DNA from: Cycas panzhihuaensis
Taxonomy: Eukaryota; Plantae; Cycadophyta
Length of the DNA stretch: 64,000 nucleotides
NCBI GenBank assembly: GCA_023213395.1
Contig: CM041465.1
Coordinates: 199,771,741-199,835,740 of the forward strand
Reading direction: 5' to 3'
The position numbers were made by a program, and so were the translations under genes. The stretch's first letter is position 1. Every line of letters begins with the position of its first letter. Under the pieces are notes generated by a model that searched no databases, was not told where the DNA came from, and saw nothing but the letters and a program-made list of their open reading frames with translations. This document shows, one piece after another, positions 13,343 through 27,800 of this stretch.

Positions 13343-15200
13343 TCCTATTCTTCTATTTGCTGTAATATTTTTGGCCTAATTGTATAACAATCTTTCAAGC
13401 TATTCTAGCTTAATGACATGCATTATACAATGACCATATAATGCTTTAAATGGGCCCAAGTTAAAGGATGCATGCATGCTATTTTTATAAGCAAATTCTA
13501 CTAAATGTAAATAGTCTTTCCATTTGGTTATTTGTTCTATTATATACATTCTAAGCATGCCTTCAAAGACTTAGTTAACTTATTTTGTATGCCCATATGA
13601 TTCTAGATGATAAGCAGTGCTAAAGTTCAACTTGGTCCCTAATTATTTGAATAATACCTACCAAAATTTAGATGTGAACTTTGCATTTTGATTTGTAATG
13701 ACTGATTTTGATATTCTTTATTATCATACTCAATTCTTTATAAAGATCTCTACTATGTTGGTCACTTTATATGTTGATTGTATGGGAATGAAGTGTATGA
13801 ATTTTGTTAGCTTGTCCACTATTACCATAATGGAATTATATTTATTTATATTTTTAGAAAGTCTCATAATGAAATCTATGAAAATTACCTCCCATATCTA
13901 TTTTAGAATTTTTAAAGGTTATAATAATTCTCTAATATGTTGATGCTTCACTTTGATCTTCTAACCCTATAAATAATGGGTAACATAACCCACAACATTA
14001 TTCTTTATATTTGGCTATAAAAAATCATTTTTAATAGTTGCAAGAGTCTTTTAATGTCTTAGATAACTTATAAAGGGAATAATATGATATTTCTCTATAA
14101 TTAATGTTTACATCAGAATATAATTTTAAATATATATTTGATGTTAGAACATAAGGATACCATCATTTTAAATATCATAGTCTATACATTTATGCATCAA
14201 TCTTATATCCACTTGTTTATTTTGGGATTGACTATCCAAAAATCTCTTCATATATTTGTACCAATTATCATCAAGTAAATTTTATTTGATGGTAGCCTTG
14301 AAGTATGGTTAAGTAATACTAATGGTAGTAACATAAAATAGCTTGAAGCTAGGTCTAACTAGGCTAGTCAAAGTAACATGCCTTTTGTGACTTAACACAT
14401 ATGCAACCTTGTTTTATTGCCCCTTAATCTTATTTATATTAAAGCCATACTTTGATAGGAACTTCATAAATCTCCTTTATCTTTCATTTAATTATGGCTA
14501 TGGGAAGAGATATCTTAAGCTATTAATATTGATTTTAAACTTATATTTTCTTAAAAGGTAATATCTCTATATTTTTAATGTGTATACCACTATTACCAAC
14601 TCTACATGATGTGTTAGGTAATTCATTAAGTGATCCTTTAGCTTTTGTAATTTGAAATAAATCACCTCACTATTCTATATGAGAACTCCATCAATTCCTT
14701 TTATACAAGCATTAGTGTAAATGATATAGTTGACTTTAAGATATAGCAATATAAGAATAGGTGCAAATATGAGTAAAATTCTTAAATTCTAGAATCTTTC
14801 CTTGTATTTGTTAGTCCACTCAAACTTTTCCTTTGTAATGGTCCATTGTGACTCCACTTAGATGTAATTCACTTAAGTTTCTAACTAAACCATATCTACT
14901 AAACTACTTAAACTAGAAAAAATAAAAAATAGAGTTTGTTAATAATATGTTGGCATGAAAATTTACATGCTTAGAGATTTTACTAGTTTAAGTGAATAAT
15001 GGAGTTTTTAATTTATTTCAAACTCAACCTCTTCAAATGAAAAATGTAGGAATGATATCAAGAATTATAACATTACAATCTCTTATTAGGATATCTTGCA
15101 TTTAAAGAAAATGGCAAGTGGCATAGTAATATAATTTTACCATTAAGGCATCTCATATATATTCATCATTAAGATAGTTTATACATAATAGGATAAATAA
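13343..15200 (-). pseudogene. Highly decayed Gypsy (Tekay/Del-like) RT-RNase H-integrase fragment, interrupted by Copia A
   Basis: rc translation: WEVIFIDFIMRL..SIMVIVDKLTKFIHFIP, KWKDYLHLVEFAYKNSMHASFNLGPFKALYG, FEWTNKYKERF..APIL, YTNACIKGIDGVL. Confidence 0.8.
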
Positions 15201-17569
15201 ATAAGTAGGATAACTAAGCTACTTTAGACATATTCTCCTCCCAACTAATAATAATTCTATAAAGGAAAGATCCCATGATCTAGAGCACATGATATGAGCA
15301 CTAGAGTACTAGTGTTCACTCAACATATATCCCCAAAACCAACCCTAATTAATTAAACCTTGCTAAATATGAATGAAACTATAAACTGCTCATTGATTCA
15401 TACCAACTACTTAGAAATATCAAAGTAGAAAAAAATTATTGTATTATTCCCAATTTTACTACTATAAGCTAATTGCTATGCACATTAACATAACTACTTT
15501 ATCGTTGAGCTCAAGGTTATAACAACATAAGGCTATAATGATTCTGAATTGTCAACTATAATTTAATCTATCCACTAGACCTAGAATGACATACCACCTA
15601 TGCACCATTATTGAGCCATACACTTTGGACTATCTCTGTGTGTATCCCAATCCATGCATTGTATGTAATAATAATTTGTATGTATTATACCATACTTAAT
15701 TATATGTAAGATCATTAGCTCTCATCTTTATGAGGAATGCGTATTATATTACAGAACTTATCTAGGCATGAGTTAGTAATCCATACAATATAGGCATTAG
15801 TCATGCATACAAAAATATTTTTGAGAAGACACATAATGGTTCCTTATACATATATATTGATCAAGGGAAGATGCATAATGGTTCCTTCATAACTTTATCA
15901 TTCATAACAAGGGGTAGATACACAATGATCCCAAGGCAAATTCAAATATAATACCTTTGAAACAATCCCAAGAGATTGAGATAGTAATAAATACATAAGT
16001 TTATGCTTTTATCAAATATATCCTCTACATGGGGTGGAGACAAAATTCCATGAGATTTATCTAAGTGTGATCTATTTACTTAATAACATTAATAAATATT
16101 CTTATAGAACATATCTGATCTATGCTTCTAATTCTTCACTCTATAAAATTAAACCAAATACTATTATACAAAACTTAGCCCCTCCACTTTAAATTAAATT
16201 AAAAAATACCTGACTAGAGCACAACTGATCTATGGATTTGAGATAAGAAATAACCAATAGAACACATATGTTTTGTACATCTAAACTAAAGAATAATCCA
16301 ATAAGACACATATATCTAATTAAACTAAACCAGATAATAAATAAATAAAATTCATGTGCCTACTTAAGATAACTATAGGATAATCATACAAAAGAACTAA
16401 CTTACTTCCTATTCACTCATTTAGACATTTTGTCAAACATTTGGTGCACAACTTATATATAATACCCACCATCTATTTTGTTGTGAAACTAAACTATAAA
16501 ATAATTTGTAGTGTTTATTTGCCTTATACAAATATCTCTCCATTATTTTATGGTAATTGATTTGATGGTATTTCAAATTAGCCTCTCAATGTTGCTCTCA
16601 TATGAATAACTCAACATTGCCCATTATCACTAGGATAATGTTCCATACATATCTTATTCAACACAACTTTATGCAACTAATTTCATGTTATTCTATTTAG
16701 AATTAAGATTTATTCTCTAATCACTATGGCTTTGTATTATTCAAGAGCATCATCTAATTATGTTTAATACTTCTCTACTCTTTTTGTGCATCTACTTCAT
16801 TCAATTCTTGATATTGCTGTCCTTGAGATGATTATGATATACTTAACATCATTTTGTTCTATTTGCCTATGTCCTCATCAACCATTTTGCCTAAGACTAA
16901 GTAAGGTCTACTAGTAAGTAAAGGTATTCAAATATTAGCCTTTCATCTTCCTTCTTTGTTATTTCATTTTCCTTTTTTGCACATCAAATCATTAAAATCT
17001 ATCCTCTATTATATGAGCTACAGTCTTTTCCTTTAGAGGATCAAGTATCAAGTTTTTAAATGCTTTGTGTTTTCATTTTTATACCCTTATCTACTCATGT
17101 TTTAGGTCGTTGACTTGTTTATAAACTTATTAAGATGTTCTTATATACTTAGTTCTTAATTGTCAATTTGCAAAGAATCCTTTATATTTTAATGAAACCA
17201 TAAAAAATACTAAGTCTATCAACTAGCCTTACATCTATGTTTTCCCCTCTATTCTTCCTTTGTTTATATTATGTACTCCCCTACCTATGTTGCTTGTGCA
17301 AAGTAACCTAGCTAGTTTTGTATTATGCAAGCAAGAAGTAAAAGAATAATTGTGTATTAAATGAGATAAATAATATTAAGTCTAGGTGGACTTAACCCTA
17401 ACACCTACTATATTTAAATTAAGAAACCATGTGGTATGTCCCTACACCTAGTGTGCATAAATAAATATACACCTTATATGGGATGAATGAACAAACTTAT
17501 GAAGTCAAGTAATGCATCTCTACACTTGATGTTACATAAATAATCATATATCTTACATGGGATAAATGA

Positions 17570-19910
17570 ATGAAGAAAAGAAATCATATTTTTCTAATTC
17601 CCACATTGCTTCATTTAGAGTTAAGTGCTTCCACTACACTTTCACTTGCTTGATACTCTTATTCCTCAGTATCTTCTCCTTTTGCCCTAATATTTATAAA
17701 GTTTCTTTTCTAAAATTAATGTTGGTCATGCTATTAGATTAGCCTACTTAAGTATATATTTTGAATCTAGCATATACCCTTTCAATAACAAGATATAAAA
17801 TTCATTATGCATTTGCAAGTTTGGTGGAAAATCCAACCTATATACAACCAACCTAATCCTCTTAAGGGTTTCAAATGGGTTGTAATACCTTAGTGCTAAT
17901 TTCTTATATGCACCTAAGCAAAATAAATTATGTGTAGGCCTTACCCTTAGGAATACATGGTTATCCACTTGGAATTCCTTAGCTATTCTCTTCAAATTTG
18001 TATAGATTTTTTCTATTTGTTCTATGCTAGTTTTACTTGTTGTTTAATTTTAGTAACCTACTCCTTTATCTCTTGTAACAACTTAGGCTCCATCACACAC
18101 CTATCCTCTAAACTGTTCTAATTAAGTAATGTAACATACCTCATACCATATAGTGCCTTGAATGAGCTCATGCCCAAGGAAGAATGGAGTTTATGATGTA
18201 TGCACTCTTCCTAATATAGTAGTTACTCCATGGTATACACTCTTAATAAATCTTTGAGTACCTAGTTTTTTCTCTTTATTTGCCCATCTGACTCTAAATG
18301 ATAAGTTGTACTAAAGTTTATCTTTGTGCCTAACTCTTAAAATATTGATTTCTAGAACTTGGAGGAAAAGTTGACATCTCTATTAGAAATAATTACCATG
18401 GGCATACTATATAGGTTTACTATTTTCTTTATAAAGATGATAATAATGTTTATGATTATGTTGGTAGAGTAAGATGGAATAAAATATGTTAGCTTAGTCA
18501 ATTTATCCACCACCACTGAATAACTTCATGTTACTTGGAGCTTATAGACAAACTAGTGATGAAATCCATTATGATGGTTTTCCATTTCCACTCTAATATG
18601 TTTATGGGTTGTAATAAACTTGCAAGATGCTTATGTTTTTTCCTGATTCTTTGGCATGCTAAACATTTTATTACATATCTCATTATGTTATTTTTCATGT
18701 TGAGGCAAACAAATTACTTCCTTGCTACCATATAAGTTTAATGATAACTTAGATGACTTGCATACAAAGTATCATCGGCTTCTTAGATAATTAAATCTCA
18801 GATGCTTTAACATAATTGTACATAGATTCTCTACTAAAAAATCAAAACACCATCTCCCCTTATATGGAAGTTTGTATACTTCCTTAAGAGTTTGGCATCT
18901 ATGATTTTATGATCTTGTTTACCTTACATAACCTCTTTTACCTACCTAGAGAGTTTATCATTTTTGCATGTAGTAGTAATAGAGTGAATTAAGTTAGGTT
19001 GATATATACTTACCATGGCAACATGCTATCTTCTAATCAAAGCATCTACTACTTGGTTCTCCTTCCCTTTAATGTACGTTGGCTAGAATTTAAACTTGTA
19101 GAGATACTCCATCCACCTATGTTGTCTTATGTTGAGATGAGGTTGTGTGAATATGCATTTCAAACTATTATGGTTTATATGGACTTTGAAGATTTTTTTG
19201 AATAGGTAGTGTCACTATGCCTTAAGCACATACATGATTATTATTAACTCTAGATCATATGTAGGATAGTTTCTTTCGTAGTTGTTTAGTTTTCTAGACT
19301 CATAGTAGACAACTCTTCCATGTTGTAATAGGATTGCTTCCAAATATTTTGTGCTAGCATTTGTGTAGAACACAAAACCTAAATTTGATTAAGTATTATA
19401 AGGTTTCATACCATAGTAAGTAAATATTTAAATAACTAGAAATGTTATTCATGTAAATTTGACCATATAAACTTAACTCCTTTCTTCAATAGTGAAGTAA
19501 TTAGGCCTACAATTTTGGAAAAAATTCTTTGTATACTTTTTATAATAACTTGCCAAACCCATGAAACTTATTACCTCATGAATGTCTTTAAGAGACAACT
19601 ACTCTACTATGACCTTAATATTTTGAGGATCTACTACAATCCCAACTTTCAAGATAATATGGCCTAGGCAATACCTTTTTTTTTAAAGAACTTATAGTTG
19701 CTCAATTTAGCACATAGTTTATGCTCTTTTAATGGCTACAACATATTATTAAATATTCTTCATGCTCCTTCTTAGACATAGAGTAGAATAAAATGTCATC
19801 AATGAAAGTGATAACAAACTTGTTTAGACACTTCTTAAACACACTATTTATTAAATTCATAAATGTATTAGGCATGATAATCAACCTAAATGGCATTACT
19901 TATTCTGGGT
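17570..19910 (-). pseudogene. Decayed Gypsy (Tekay/Del-like) pol 3' part: RT end, RNase H, integrase, chromodomain
   Basis: MPFRLIIMPNTFMNLINSV..CLNKFVITFIDDILFYS (~19880-19790), IIMDFITSL, STTYHLESDGQ, ORF 17744-17995 (KKLALRYYNPFETLKRI..VYRLDFP..MHNEF), chromodomain KILRNKSIKQVKV*WKHLTLNEAMWE (~17600-17690). Confidence 0.9.
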
Positions 19911-21281
19911 ACATATGTCTCTGATCATGTTTGGCATAAGAAATATAAGTAGAAAAATAAAAATATCTACATGCCCTATCTTGCCAACCATAATTGAATT
20001 ATTTATTGATGTATGTGTATTTACAAAGTCTATAGTATTTGCATTTTAAAGAAATCTTTTTCGCATTTATTGCATTTATGTCTTATACTTTATACATTAT
20101 GTTATAGCTATAATTTTTAAAATGGCGCACTTTTAATATCTTTCAAACTTTATAAAGTTGAACCTTTAATATTTGATATAATATTTTTCACGTGCATCAC
20201 CCAATTTGTAAGGCTACAATATTTTTATGGCTACTTAGTACTACATCTACAACTATCTATTCTAGGCAGAAGATCTACATTGATGTTTATAACTGTCCTT
20301 TTCACTTTGCCAAGTAGTGCTTGCATTAATTCTAGGATGAGACGAGCCCTCCTTTATTATAGATGCATTATAATGATTTAAGCAACCTCAATACTATTTT
20401 CTACACATATTTATGGCTAGGAAAACATATATATTTTTGTCTATAATCTGCACTATAAATCTATTTATATTTTTTATTGTATATATTAATAAAAAGGATA
20501 AATTATTCCTATGGGACCCACATTTCATTTGTTGATAATCTTATGCAAGTTAGCACTTAGTTATCATTTTAAAAAGATCCACTATAGGTCACATTACAAA
20601 AAAAAAAAGATCAAGAGTTTGTAATTTTAAGGGGCTAAGTTATTTTCTTCAAAGTTGTTAAAAAATAAGACCTATTTCTATTTTGATATCCATAACTTTC
20701 ACTAGTAATGTCAAATATCAGTTATGTCAACTTTAAATCAGAGTTCATTTTCACTTGATCAAAATGAGTAGTCATATAATCATTTTTCAATTTAGTTTGA
20801 TGTACCTTTTAATGAGTTTAGTTGATGTAAAATTTATTTGAGCCTTTAATATTAAAAGACTAATTTTTTGTAAAATATTTTAATGCATGTCTTGACTATT
20901 TGAAATCAAAATTGAGTCCTATCTAAAGTGTTAGACTTTATTTTCTATCCTCTATTGAGTGGTGAAGACTTTAAATTTTTAAAAGTCATCTTATGCAACT
21001 TTGTTTATGCTCAAAAGTGTCACTAGTAAATAGATTCCTGCATGATGTCCCTTATATGAACTAGTTAAAATTTAGTTTGTAACCTTTCACTAATACAAAA
21101 TATTATTTTTGAGGTGGTTGAAGTCCTAATTAGGATATTTGTCTAAGTCTTATAGATGAAGTGGGATACATATTATTGTTTTTTAATGTCTCTTTTATTG
21201 TCTTTTTAGTACTTTGAATATACTTTATTTTAAGTACTTTATATTTCAAAAGTTATTTTTCAAGGTAATATCTTTTTACTA

Positions 21282-22924
21282 TAGTATCAAATATTAGAAA
21301 TGCAATGGTTCCTAAATTTGATAACATAAATTTTCTTAACTAGAGTATGTAAATGAAGCTAATCTTTATTGCCAAAGACATGTGGAAATTTATTGATAAA
21401 GGTTCTGGATTGCTTAATGAAGATTCCATAGAGGATGAGAAGAAATAGTTTAAGGAGAATGAAAATAAAGACAAGAGGCACTTTCACTCATATTTTTCAC
21501 ATTAGAGGACCATATCTTCCTAAGGGTTAGTGAAATTATAATATCAAAGGAGGCTTAGAATGCACTCAAGACAACATATAGAAGAGCGACATCTTCAAAA
21601 CTTCACACCTTAATAAGTAGATTTAAAAATCTAAGGGTGGCAACTCATGAAGAAGCCATTGATTTCATTACTAAGGTCTAAGGCTTAGTTAACTAGATGA
21701 GATCCTTAGGAGAAATGATTAGTGAACAAAGAGTAGTAAAAACAATCCTAAGGTGTATAGGAGATGTTAATAGGTTTAAGATGATGGCCACTGGTATAAA
21801 AGTTTTTAATAATCTTAATACCCTTAAAATAGATAAACTAAGTATTATGCTTCTAGTAATTGAAATGAATCCCTTTAGTATGATTTTGCTATTAAGATAA
21901 AAATTAGACCCAACTATCAATGATAGAGTTCTAGGGACAGAGGTCAATTTCTTAGATGTAGAGGCCAACCAAGAAACTAGTTTCAAAGATAAGGTCAAGG
22001 TTTCCAATGTTATCATTAAGGTTTTCAAGTACAAGGTCAAGGCATCTATTAAGGATAAGGCCTAAATCAACTTTATCAAGGGTAAAATTAGCACTAAGGT
22101 CAAAAATACTATCAAGGCTAAGGTTAAGTCCAAAACTATGGACCTCAAGGAAGAGAAAGAGGTCAAAGTCCTAGGGAGAGAATCCAAGGACAAAGAGGTA
22201 GGGGTTTAAGAGGTAAAGGAACTATTTAATGTTCCTACTACCATAAGAATAGTCACTTATAAGAAAATTATTTTTCCAAAAGGTTAAGTTTATAGAGGGG
22301 AACAACTAAAACATCTATGGAGGAAAGATAAAATAATAATTTATTTCTTTTAAGCCTAATGGCTAATGAAGAAGAAGATAACTAGTATATCGATTAGGGT
22401 GTTCTACACATATGCCATATAAGGAAGAGTAGTTTAAGGAGTTAGATACATCCAAGAAAAATAAAATTATATTTAGGGATAACACAACTTAAGCAGTTGT
22501 TAAAAAAGAAAATATATCCATAACAACTAATTTTGAAGAAATTAGAAGCATAAATCATATACTTTATATTCCATCTCTCAAGAAGAACTTACTTTTAGTG
22601 GGTCAAATGATGGAACAAAAATACAAAGTGGTCTTTGGTAATGGGGAATGCACCATCAAGGAAAAATTAAGGAATAAGGCAATTATAGACAAGGTTAAAT
22701 AATTAGTGATAGATTATTCAAACTAGTCATATCATTAATAGATTATTATACCTTAAAAATATTAATAAATGTGGATATTAAAATATGACACAAAAGACTT
22801 GGCTATGTAAATTTCAATAGCTTAGCCTTTGATGAAAAGAATTGATATAGTAATTGGACTTCCTACTAGTAAACCTAGTAAGGAACTTTATAAAGGATGC
22901 ATACTTAAAAAGTAACAAAAGGAA
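21282..22924 (+). mobile_element. Ty1/Copia element B, left part (PBS-like, gag, protease, GAG-pre-integrase)
   Basis: TAGTATCAAA PBS-like at 21282. ATG 21305 MVPKFDNINFLN*SM*MK..AKDMWKFI, decayed zinc knuckle ~22230, protease *YID*GVLH ~22385, LKKNLLLVGQM, *HKRLGYVNF, ending in GCIL.K*QK at the AGGAA TSD. Confidence 0.85.
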
Positions 22925-23489
22925 TATTGGAAAAATAATGCAAGGAGAATAGGAAAAAATATATACAAAAATCATATAGATCAATATTACATCATAGCAT
23001 ATCACATTTCCTTCATGAATCTACGGAGCAAGAAGGCGAAGAAGACGAACTGTGTTGCTTAGGGTTCCGGAGTGGCGGCGGCAGGCGTCCCGGGGAGTAC
23101 GGAGGCGCAATGGCGCCCTCAGGCTGATCACGCAGGCTTAGCTTGGGCCCGAGGTCTCTCAGAGGGCAAAACAGTCGATTGGTCTCATCTATATCGAGCT
23201 CAGAATGGCGGCCCTCGGTCTGAGGGATTAAAGATTCGATCTTTGTGGCGCCGGCCCGCTCTTGACGGATGCGGTGTGTTCTTGGCATCGGAAGGAGGAA
23301 GACTTGGAGGCGCCGCCCTCAGATTGGAGACACCTTGCTCGTTGGTGAAGGCGGTTCTGTTAGGGGCGAAGCTTGGTGAGGCGACGCCTCTGTGGAGCTC
23401 CGGTTCAGTTCAGAGGTATGGTCCGCAGAGGCTTTCATTGAGAAGTTGCAGTACCGACATGTTCTGCTTTTGTTGATTCTATGTATTTA

Positions 23490-24730
23490 TAAATGGAGGA
23501 ATTGATATCGGACCATACCCTTCAAAACCAGACTCAAACCAAGGTCCGTCTCCCGGAAATCCTATCGAGATGTCCCGAAATTATGTGATCAAGAAACCTA
23601 TGACCTAACCCCGAGGTTATTAATAATGAAGCAACATCGAAAATACCCTCACCTATTGAAAGAACCGAGAAACTTTGGGAAAAGCTTGGTTGGTAGGTTC
23701 TCGGGCCCAGTGCCTGCCTAGACCCTATTAGGAATGGACAAGGTCCAAATGGAAAACGAATGGAATTGTGGAAGTTATAGCCATGCCCAAGGGTCATGTG
23801 CTATTTAAGTTTTCCTCCTTCGAGGATTTGTCCAATATCTTGCTTAGGGCACCTTGGATGTTTGGCAGAAAGCTACATCATTGGAAAAATGGCATAGGGA
23901 CTTTGACCCCTCCACCCCTAAAATAAAGCAGGCCCCTATATGGATCCGACTCCGGGTCTTCCTTTACACTATTGGAATCCAAGTGTTCGGGGCATAGCTA
24001 AGGCGGTGGGTCCCTTTAGTATCGATTCCGCGACCAAGAATAGGAGTAGGCTCATTAATGCCAGGATTTGTGCCCTAGCTCGCCTTGACAAACCCCTTTT
24101 GGAGCATATCCGGCTTGTGTTGCCTGAAGGGTCATGGAGACAACCATTACTTTATGAAATGGATCACATAAGGTGCTCCACCTGCATTGTTGGGTCACTT
24201 GCCCTATAAATGCCACGCATCCGACCTTCTACTACGGATAAAGATAAGGTCTCCCGGAACCATCGGGCGGTGAAGGCAGACGAAGCCAGTGGCGGCTCCA
24301 AGTTCTCAGAGGCCTCATTGATCCGGTGTGGCTCAATTGGGGAGGTGGGCTTGACCCAAATGAAGAGGATACGCTCTTTGAGGAAGGAGAGCTAGCGGGG
24401 TTAACTTCTGCGGCTCCAAAGGGCCAAGGTGGTGGGGATACCTCGGGGTTCCCAGGCGAGATCATTTCAAAGCGCATATTTCCCCCTAAAATGAAGGCGA
24501 GATGAAGGAAGGATGGCTTGGATCATCTTTGTGGAGGATACCACGGCTCCTAGAGAATTATTACCTCGGGGACGGGGAGATGTCGGCCCCCATGGGGGTC
24601 TTGGGGACCAGATCGGCTCAAACTCTTCAACCAAGATTGAGAAGGCTACTGGGACGTGGGCTCAGAAGAAAAGTTGGAAGACCCCCTAAAACTTCTAAGG
24701 GAGAAAGAAAGCGGCTACCCAAGTTGATCT
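23490..24730 (+). pseudogene. LINE ORF1 (DUF4283-like region and CCHC zinc knuckle), frameshifted in this sequence; boundaries approximate
   Basis: Across frames: VEVIAMPKGHVLFKFSSFEDLSNILLRAPWMFG, KWHRDFDP, APIWIRL/GLPLHYWNP, NARIC, QPLLYE...RCSTC..GH...C. Confidence 0.85.
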
Positions 24731-24840
24731 AGGCGGAAAACCTTGAAGGAGACGTTTTGGAAGGGCCCACCGAGATCCAAAGATCGGGCAAGGAGCCTCC
24801 TAAAGGAGAGCCCTGAAGTCCGGAAGCAAAGGAAAAAGAG

Positions 24841-27800
24841 ATGAAGTTGTTATGTTGGAATATTAGGGGCCTTAATGCCCCCTCGAAGCAGAGGATTTTA
24901 AAGGACATGCGAAATAAATATCTTCCGGATCTTATATTCCTTCAAGAAACTAAATTGAGCAAGGAAAGTAGCCAAAGGGCCATAAACAAAATATGGAAAA
25001 AGGCGGAAAGCATTGAGGTGGAATATGCTCAAGGAGTGGGGGGCTTATTGGTTCTTTGGGACCCATCGGTGGTTGGGTGAACTTGTTTTTCTTTGAAGGA
25101 TCTTTTATTTCGATCCGTTTAACCAATGTAATAATAATCATCTGGACAGCAACAAATGTTTACGCCCCAAACAACCAGGAGGCTAGGAGGATTCTCTGGG
25201 AGAGGTTGTTGGAGGCTCATAGGGGCTCCCTACAACCTTGGTTGTTGGCGGGAGACTTCAATTCGGCCCTGTCTCCAGGAGATAAAAAAGGGGGCGCAGG
25301 TGGTTGGACTAGCGGTATATGAGTGAATTCAGTGATTTTCTCCGTCTGGGGGGCCTGGAGGACGTTAAGCTCAGGGGAGCCTCGTTTACCTGGTCAAACA
25401 AGAGGTTGGGGAACCACCTTATCCAAATAAAGCTGGACAGGGTGTTGGTGAATTACGATTGGCTGAGGATCTTTAGTGACCTCTCTTTGGAGGCACTTCC
25501 AAGATTGAGCTCAGACCACTCTCCACTTCTGCTTCATTTTGCGGCTCCAGGCAGTTACTTGGGCTCTCCCTTCAGGTTTGAGCTTATGTGGATGCGGCAT
25601 CGACCTTGGACCAGGATAGAGGAATGGTGGCAGATCCAAATTGAAGGTCATGCCATGTTTAGATTTTCGAGGAAACTCGACTGGATCAAAAGACAAATCA
25701 AGGTTTGGAACAAAGAGGTTTTTCAAAATATAAACAAGCAGAAAGAAAATATTTCAAACGACCTCAAGGCTATAGGGGATAGTATCGAATTATCAGGCAG
25801 GTCTCCAGAACTAGACAAGGCCGAAAAGGTGTTGGTCGAGGAGTTAGAGGAGACTCTCGTCCGTGAAGAAATTCTCTGGAGGCAAAAATCCAGGGCCCTC
25901 TGGCTGGCCGAGGGGGATAGGAACACAAAGTTCTTTCATATGACCGCCTTGAAGCATAGAGCAAATAATAAAATTCCCTACCTCGGAAGGTGGGCCAGTT
26001 CGATCGTTAGCACTATGGAGGATATGAAGGATCTGGCCAGTGCTTTCTTCAAGGACTTATTCTCGGCTCCCCAGGAAAGGGATATGGACATCAGGAAAGA
26101 CTTCCTGAACAATATTCCTAGGCTGGTGGATGATACTCAAAATGCTCACCGACCGCCTGCTCACTATCGAAGAGGTTAGGAGGCTCTCTCAAGATGAAGC
26201 GGGATAAAGCGCCGGTAGGACGGCTTTCCCGAGCTTCTTCCAAGAATATTGGGATATTATAAAGGAAGATCTAATGATGGCTCTGCAGGAGTTCTGCACA
26301 AAAAAAGAGATGCTTCAGGAATGGCGTGCTACATTCCTCGTCCTTATACCAAAAAGATGGTGCGAAAAGGATGGAAGAGTTAGTCCTATTAGTCTTTGTA
26401 ATGTCAAATACAAGATCCTAACCAAAGTCACGTAAACCGGTTGAAAAACATAATGCCAAATATTATCTCCCATAACCGGGGACGGCTTCCTTGGGTAGAC
26501 AGTTTATAGCGGTTATGTTGTTGTCCATGAGACCATCCATTCTTACCGAAAGGAAGGAGCCAGCGATGCTTATCAAAATCGATCTCACGAAAGCCTTTGA
26601 CAGGGTCTCCTGGGATTGTTTGATGGACTGTTTAGAGGCCTTCGGCTTCGGGGAGGTATGGAGAACTTGGGTATATCTGTGTATCGGAAAGCCGCAATTC
26701 TCTGTTATTATCAATGGGTCGTCGTCTAGATTCTTCCCCGGTTTCCGGGGTTTAAGGCAAGGCGACCCCCTGTCTCCCTTTCTATTCATCACAATGGCTG
26801 AGATGCTGGGCAGAACCTTGGAGGCTGCAAGGAGATCGGGATCCCTTTCTGGGATTAAAGTTACGTCGGGGTTGGACAACGTGGTCCACCATCAATTTGT
26901 GGACGACAATATCCTACTAGGAAGGCGTGCATTAGAGGCTGCCGGTTTAAGGATATCACGGGAAATTCGAGAAGGCCTCGAACCAGAAGATAAATCTCAA
27001 GAAGAGCAGCATCTTCTTCCTCAACACCCCAGGTCGTGTCCAAGGCAAGATCAGTAGAACCCTAGGAATGGATATAAAGATGCTCCCCACAACTTATTTG
27101 GGTCTGCCACTATTTGTGGGCAAGATGGCCAAACATATGTGGGATCCCCTCATCGATAGACTCCAAAGGAAGCTTGCGGTGGAAGGCGCCCTCGAGCTCG
27201 GTGGTAAACTCCGACTTGTTGCCTCCACTCTCCGAGCATCCGGTGTTCGGATGTCTATCTTTAAGGTCATGGCTATTCCGATGCGGTTGAATCTATTCAA
27301 AAAGATTCCTCAGTCAGGTCTTTGAAAGCGAGGAGCAGGATTCACTGGTGAGTGGAACAAAGTGTGTACCCCCAAATGGGTCAGTGGCACGAACTTGCGG
27401 AGGGTCCCTCTTTTAATCGCCCTTGGGGCTAAGCTCGGGTGGAGACTCCTCAAGGAGGGAGAGACCACAGGAGAAGATTCTCTATAGGAAATACATTCGG
27501 AGGCTCATTTGTTAGATGCGATCTTCTGTCACTGGGTCTGTAAATGGAGAAGCATTCGAAAGCTTGGGTCTCCATAAAGGAGGGACTCAAATGGAGACCG
27601 GGAGGCAGTGGCGCATTAGTTTACGGGATGATGTGTGGTGCAGTGATAAACCCCTGAGGGGGTTTTCGGACTTGGTGCCTCTGATCGAGCCTTGTGTCGG
27701 GCTCTTTGGTAGGATGGTTAAAGGCTATTGGATTGAGAGTGGGGCACAAGGGCTGGAGGAACTTTGAAGATCTTCAAGGTTCGGGCCATCCGCAGGAGGG

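Noticed and set aside
15230-17540. Possible long Tekay LTR or 3' region between the two Gypsy pol fragments
   Set aside because: No partner LTR, clear PPT or TSD could be identified.
23013-23476. GC-rich ORFs at the LINE 5' end
   Set aside because: No recognisable domain; expected by chance in a GC-rich 5' UTR.
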